A stretch of 64,000 nt of DNA from an uncultured Candidatus Berkelbacteria bacterium (lineage in GTDB: Bacteria > Patescibacteriota > UBA1384 > UBA12157 > JAENIV01), in contig OY969116.1 in NCBI GenBank assembly GCA_963698075.1, positions 734,131-798,130 of the forward strand, written 5' to 3'. This document shows positions 60,225-64,000 of the stretch, piece by piece. Both the position numbers and the translations under genes were made by a program. Positions within the stretch are counted from its first letter, which is position 1; each line of letters begins with the position of its first letter. The notes below the pieces were generated by a model. It worked only from the letters and a program-made list of their open reading frames with translations, made no database searches and was not told where the DNA came from.

Positions 60225-60925
60225 ACAAGCCATTAGTCTTTGTTGCTTTGGATGGATTGGCTACCGAAAGAGCGAAAACCCTTAAGACAGCCGAAGATCT
60301 TTGTAAGGCAGAAGGTGGCGATTTCGGCTTCAAGATCAACCTCGATGCCTTGATCGATCTGGACATGGGACTGAGAGAGATCTTGGCGCCGATCCAAGAG
60401 CTTAATCGTCCGATCTTTGCCGACCTCAAGGTTTTCAACGGCACCCGGACCATGGCTTCGTTGTTTGGCAAACTAGCCGATCTGGGGATCAACTACACCA
60501 ATGTCTGGGCTCAGGCGGAAAGGTTACTCCCTAAGGCTATCAAAGCCGTCGAGGGAACCCAAACCAAGATTCTGGGTCTCACTGTTCTGACCCACTATGA
60601 CGAAGCCTACTGTCAGCGCCATTTCGGCCGAGATTTCCCTTCAACCGTCCGCCACTTCGCGCAAGTTGCGGTCGAGAATGGTTGCCATGGGATTATCCTT
60701 CCTGGAACTCAACTTTCGGCTGTCCGGGATCTTGACACCTTCAAGGTGGTCCCCGGTGTCCGGCCAACATGGTATCACGACGATCGCCATAGCGAAGAAG
60801 CCGAGATTACACCAAAGGAAGCGGCTGAGGCAGGCGCTGATGCCCTTGTCTGCGGTAGCCCAATCATGAAATCGGCTGACCCCGTCGCTGCCTTGAGCAA
60901 TATTCTCCTCGAAGTCAATCAATAG
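60221..60925 (+). CDS. pyrF: Orotidine-5'-phosphate decarboxylase
   Basis: VALD, IFADLK, LTVLT, VPGVRP, TP..A..AGAD..VCG.PI motifs. Confidence 0.9.
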   Translation: MNKPLVFVALDGLATERAKTLKTAEDLCKAEGGDFGFKINLDALIDLDMGLREILAPIQELNRPIFADLKVFNGTRTMASLFGKLADLGINYTNVWAQAERLLPKAIKAVEGTQTKILGLTVLTHYDEAYCQRHFGRDFPSTVRHFAQVAVENGCHGIILPGTQLSAVRDLDTFKVVPGVRPTWYHDDRHSEEAEITPKEAAEAGADALVCGSPIMKSADPVAALSNILLEVNQ

Positions 60926-60944
60926 ACCATTCACACGACTTGTT

Positions 60945-60981
60945 GCCCGTAGGGATAGAGTGCCCTGCGGGCTTGTTTTTT
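60945..60981 (+). terminator. Intrinsic terminator after pyrF
   Basis: GCCCGTAGGG...CCCTGCGGGC followed by TTGTTTTTT. Confidence 0.75.
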
Positions 60982-61038
60982 ATTTATGGATTTTATATGT
61001 TCGAAAAGACGATCAAATTGCTACTGGGGGTGAACCCA

Positions 61039-61770
61039 ATGAAGGGCGACAAGACGATAGCAATGCTTGAAGAACGACTCCAGGCGCGTGAGCCCCTTAG
61101 TGCCGAAGAGATGGCTGACGCGCTTTGCCAGCTTGGAGCCGTCGTTTGTGCACCTACAAGAAGAACACTGGCTCACAGGATGTATTCTGAATTGCCACCA
61201 TGTCCCATTTTCATTGATACACGTATCCAACCGAAGGGGCCGTTAAGTTCGAAGCAAGTTAATCTCCTTGGTCAACACATGGCTTTAGCATTTGAGCCAT
61301 ACGCCCAAGATCGTCGAATCATTCTTGCTGGAGTTCCTCAAAGTGGACGACACTTGGCAGAGGCATTTTCCGAGCAGTGGTCGGGTGATGATAGGGAGTC
61401 AGAATGTCTTAAGATTATCAGAAGAAGCAAGGTTGAGCTGGCTCTTGCGAAGCAGCGAAAACCCAGGTTGGAGACAGATTACAGCTTGATTATTGATAAT
61501 GCCACTGAGACCGGCAACACGGCTGGTAAAGCTGCTTTGGTGCTTCAGAGAGACGGATACAATGTCGATTGTTTCGTTCTCGTAAACAGAGATGAAGGCG
61601 CTCGTGAATTGCTTGAGGCGATAAATGTTCGTCTGATAGCATTTGTCAGTCTTATGACCGTTGTCAAAAAGGCAATTGAGCTCCACAGTCAAGAAATATG
61701 GGGGAGACTTCAAGCTTTCCAGAACGCCTTACGTAATAGAATCGGCCTTCCTCGCGTTCAGCTACCCTAA
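61039..61770 (+). CDS. Divergent PyrE-like phosphoribosyltransferase-fold protein
   Basis: PIFIDTR, LAGVPQSG, LIIDNATETGNT and LVNRDEGA motifs; start uncertain. Confidence 0.7.
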   Translation: MKGDKTIAMLEERLQAREPLSAEEMADALCQLGAVVCAPTRRTLAHRMYSELPPCPIFIDTRIQPKGPLSSKQVNLLGQHMALAFEPYAQDRRIILAGVPQSGRHLAEAFSEQWSGDDRESECLKIIRRSKVELALAKQRKPRLETDYSLIIDNATETGNTAGKAALVLQRDGYNVDCFVLVNRDEGARELLEAINVRLIAFVSLMTVVKKAIELHSQEIWGRLQAFQNALRNRIGLPRVQLP

Positions 61771-61803
61771 GCACGAACTCAAACCTAACATCGCCTCCTT
61801 GCA

Positions 61804-62754
61804 TCACGCGGGAGGCGTTTCTTGATGTCTTCTTCTCCCATGAAACGCCTGGTGGACTTCGGCGAGATGCTGGTCAGTGACGTGAGTATAGATTTGGGTT
61901 GTCGTCACCGAAGCGTGGCCTAAAAGTTCCTGAACCGAGCGCAAGTCCGCTCCGGACATTAAAAGATCAGTGGCAAACGAATGACGCATGGTGTGGGGGC
62001 TAACATGTTTGGTAATTCCCGCCATTCGGGCATATTTATGAATCATCCGCTGAACCGACCGGGGAGTCATAGGGGAAGGTTTTAGGTTTAAGGGGTTAGG
62101 TTTTAAAGAGTGTCCGTAAGATATAAATAAATACGGGTTTTTATCATTCCTAATATTTAAATAATTTTTTATCGATTCTCGTGCTTCTTGATCCAAAAAG
62201 ACAACTCTGACTTTACCACCCTTACCGACCACCGAAAATTCGCTCTTTTCCAAATTAATATCATCCTTTTTAAGATTACAAAGCTCAGAAACCCGAAGTC
62301 CAGTTGAAAAAAATAGATCCAAAATTGCCTTATCGCGCCGACCCTGGATGGTTCTTAAATCTGGTTGTTTGAGGATGGCGTCAAGTTCTTCATCATCCAA
62401 AAAACTTATTTGACGTTCGCCAGTTTTGGCCAGTTCGATGCCTTCGGCAGACAGTGTTTGAATCCCGCGAGTGCCCAAATATTTCAAAAAAGCCCTCAAG
62501 GCAATCAAATGATAATTGGCGGTTGATTTGGCAATAATATCTTTTTTGGTTGAATCAGGCAATCTATGCAAAAACAGCCGATATTTATGAATTAGATCCT
62601 GATCAATTTTTTGAGGGGTTTCCACTCCCGAATCTTTAGCAAAACCGGCAAAACGCCTTAGATAATGATCATAATTTCTGACCGTCAGAACCGAGTGGCC
62701 TTTGTCCACCTCCAGATACTCCAAGAAATCAGTGATGAGACTATTAATAGTCAT
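61804..62754 (-). CDS. XerC/XerD-like tyrosine recombinase
   Basis: RDKAI..STGLRVSEL, GKGGKVR, HTMRHSFAT and LLGHAS..TTQIYTH motifs. Confidence 0.92.
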   Translation of the reverse strand: MTINSLITDFLEYLEVDKGHSVLTVRNYDHYLRRFAGFAKDSGVETPQKIDQDLIHKYRLFLHRLPDSTKKDIIAKSTANYHLIALRAFLKYLGTRGIQTLSAEGIELAKTGERQISFLDDEELDAILKQPDLRTIQGRRDKAILDLFFSTGLRVSELCNLKKDDINLEKSEFSVVGKGGKVRVVFLDQEARESIKNYLNIRNDKNPYLFISYGHSLKPNPLNLKPSPMTPRSVQRMIHKYARMAGITKHVSPHTMRHSFATDLLMSGADLRSVQELLGHASVTTTQIYTHVTDQHLAEVHQAFHGRRRHQETPPA

Positions 62755-62821
62755 ATTTAAAATGTACGACGCATTTACTTTCTTGTCAAAAGGCCCACTT
62801 TTCTGGTAAAGTTAAAGAGCA

Positions 62822-63397
62822 ATGTTTACAAAAATTCTGAGCGTCGATCAATCCTGGCTACTGGCGGTCAATCATTTTGCCACGAGCTCCCATTTTTGGC
62901 AGGTAATTTTTAAATTTTTGGGCACCTATTTAATTTATCTCGCGCCTTTATTTTTAGTCGTTTTATGGTTTTGGTCAGCCCAAAGTAAAAAAATAGCCCT
63001 GCGAGCCACTTTGAGTGGGGCTTTCGCCTGGTTGGTGATAGCCAATGTGCTCGGTCGAGTCATTAACCGACCACGACCATTTGAAATTGTAGGGATCAAA
63101 GAATTGCTTTTCCACCGGCCTGATTATTCTTTTCCGTCCGATCACGCCGCATTTCTCTTCGCCATTGCCATCTCTTTTTACTATTCAGGATACAAAAAAT
63201 TAGCTTTTTGGAGTCTCCTTGTTGCTCTTTTTGCTTCCTTGGGCCGGATTGGGATTGGTTTTCATTATCCCTTAGATATCGTCGCCGGCGCAGTCATCGG
63301 CTGGCTGGCTGCCTGGCTTGTTTGGCTCTTTGATCGTCCCCTAAACTATCTCTACAATTTCCTAATTTCCCTTGCCAAAAAATTAAAGTTGGCTTAA
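62822..63397 (+). CDS. PAP2-family phosphatase (undecaprenyl-diphosphatase-like)
   Basis: RPRP, SFPSDH and R...G.HYP.D motifs. Confidence 0.9.
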   Translation: MFTKILSVDQSWLLAVNHFATSSHFWQVIFKFLGTYLIYLAPLFLVVLWFWSAQSKKIALRATLSGAFAWLVIANVLGRVINRPRPFEIVGIKELLFHRPDYSFPSDHAAFLFAIAISFYYSGYKKLAFWSLLVALFASLGRIGIGFHYPLDIVAGAVIGWLAAWLVWLFDRPLNYLYNFLISLAKKLKLA

Positions 63398-63407
63398 AAG
63401 GATTTTT

Positions 63408-64000
63408 ATGGAAGAAAATTACCCGCATAGAAAATTTTGGGACATACTGGCTTTTGGGATTTCCGCCATTTTCTCGCCCTATGTGACAGCGGCGATATTT
63501 ATTCTTTTGATCACCTATACTTACGCCCAAAACGTTCGCGAATTTTTACCTTGGATTGGGATAGCATTTCTTTTTGCTATTTTAATCCCAGCCAGTTATA
63601 TCATTTGGCTGATCGAGCGAAAACACGTCCGTGATATTCATCTTTCCGACCATAGTGAGAGAAAAATTCCTTTTTTGGTTACCGGTATTTCGGCGGTTTT
63701 GGGGGCCGCCGCCTTGGCGATAATCGGTGCGGCCAAACCCGTCGTTTTAATGGGGGTGGCTTATGCCGTCAATGCCGTCGCCGTTGGCATCCTGACTTTG
63801 TTTTGGAAGATTTCCGTCCATACGGCTCTTTTTAGTTCGGTGGTGACAGTGATTGTTATTCTTTATGGACCACAATATGCCTGGGCGTTTCTTCTTTTGA
63901 TTCCCTTGGCCTGGTCAAGAGTTTATCGTCAACGCCACCGCCTCGATCAGGTCATCGGTGGGGCATTAATTGCTTTTGTGCTGACATCGTTAGTTTTTTG
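63408..64000 (+). CDS. PAP2-like membrane protein, runs off window end
   Basis: Not in track; ATG 63408, MEENYPHRKFWD...WKISVH...WSRVYRQRH...QV..G. Confidence 0.75.
   Translation, partial: MEENYPHRKFWDILAFGISAIFSPYVTAAIFILLITYTYAQNVREFLPWIGIAFLFAILIPASYIIWLIERKHVRDIHLSDHSERKIPFLVTGISAVLGAAALAIIGAAKPVVLMGVAYAVNAVAVGILTLFWKISVHTALFSSVVTVIVILYGPQYAWAFLLLIPLAWSRVYRQRHRLDQVIGGALIAFVLTSLVF

Noticed and set aside
61804-62754. Integron integrase (IntI) call for the tyrosine recombinase
   Set aside because: Looks like housekeeping XerC/D; its only evident insertion is a short heptamer-repeat tract; it lies more than 36 kb from the hairpin arrays; the hairpins are shorter than typical attC and lack the unpaired central spacer.

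Overview
AT-rich bacterial chromosome segment using the standard genetic code. Several traits suggest a Patescibacteria/CPR genome (inference): multiple TrmB paralogs, a dense glycosylation gene set, tRNA-Arg(GCG), Arg-type EF-P and palindrome/heptamer insertions inside genes. The backbone holds a large surface-glycan region (GT2/GT4/GT-C-like enzymes, flippase, O-antigen-ligase-like proteins, C5-epimerase, deacetylases, glycoside hydrolases, PMM), three tRNAs and housekeeping genes (hppA, trpS, groES/EL, efp, rpsF-ssb-rpsR, ychF, guaB, pyrE/pyrF, a Xer-like recombinase). The most interesting signal is a repeated module. Four TrmB-family regulators each sit back-to-back with an operon of GC-rich genes (orphans in modules 1-3, a GNAT/methyltransferase pair in module 4). 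All four share near-consensus divergent sigma70 promoters and a pair of paralog-specific palindromic operators. Modules 1-3 carry a conserved TCAAC...[bulge]GTTGA hairpin upstream of cargo genes (5 copies; G.U pairs favour the sense strand; attC-like ends). Modules 2-4 end in a conserved AGCCCC-AA...GC-GGGGCT hairpin. Two further dispersed palindrome families are present: an 11-8-11 element (4 copies) and an 11-5-11 element (5 copies, two flanking a small wHTH gene). All calls come from reading motifs by eye; no database search or folding program was run.
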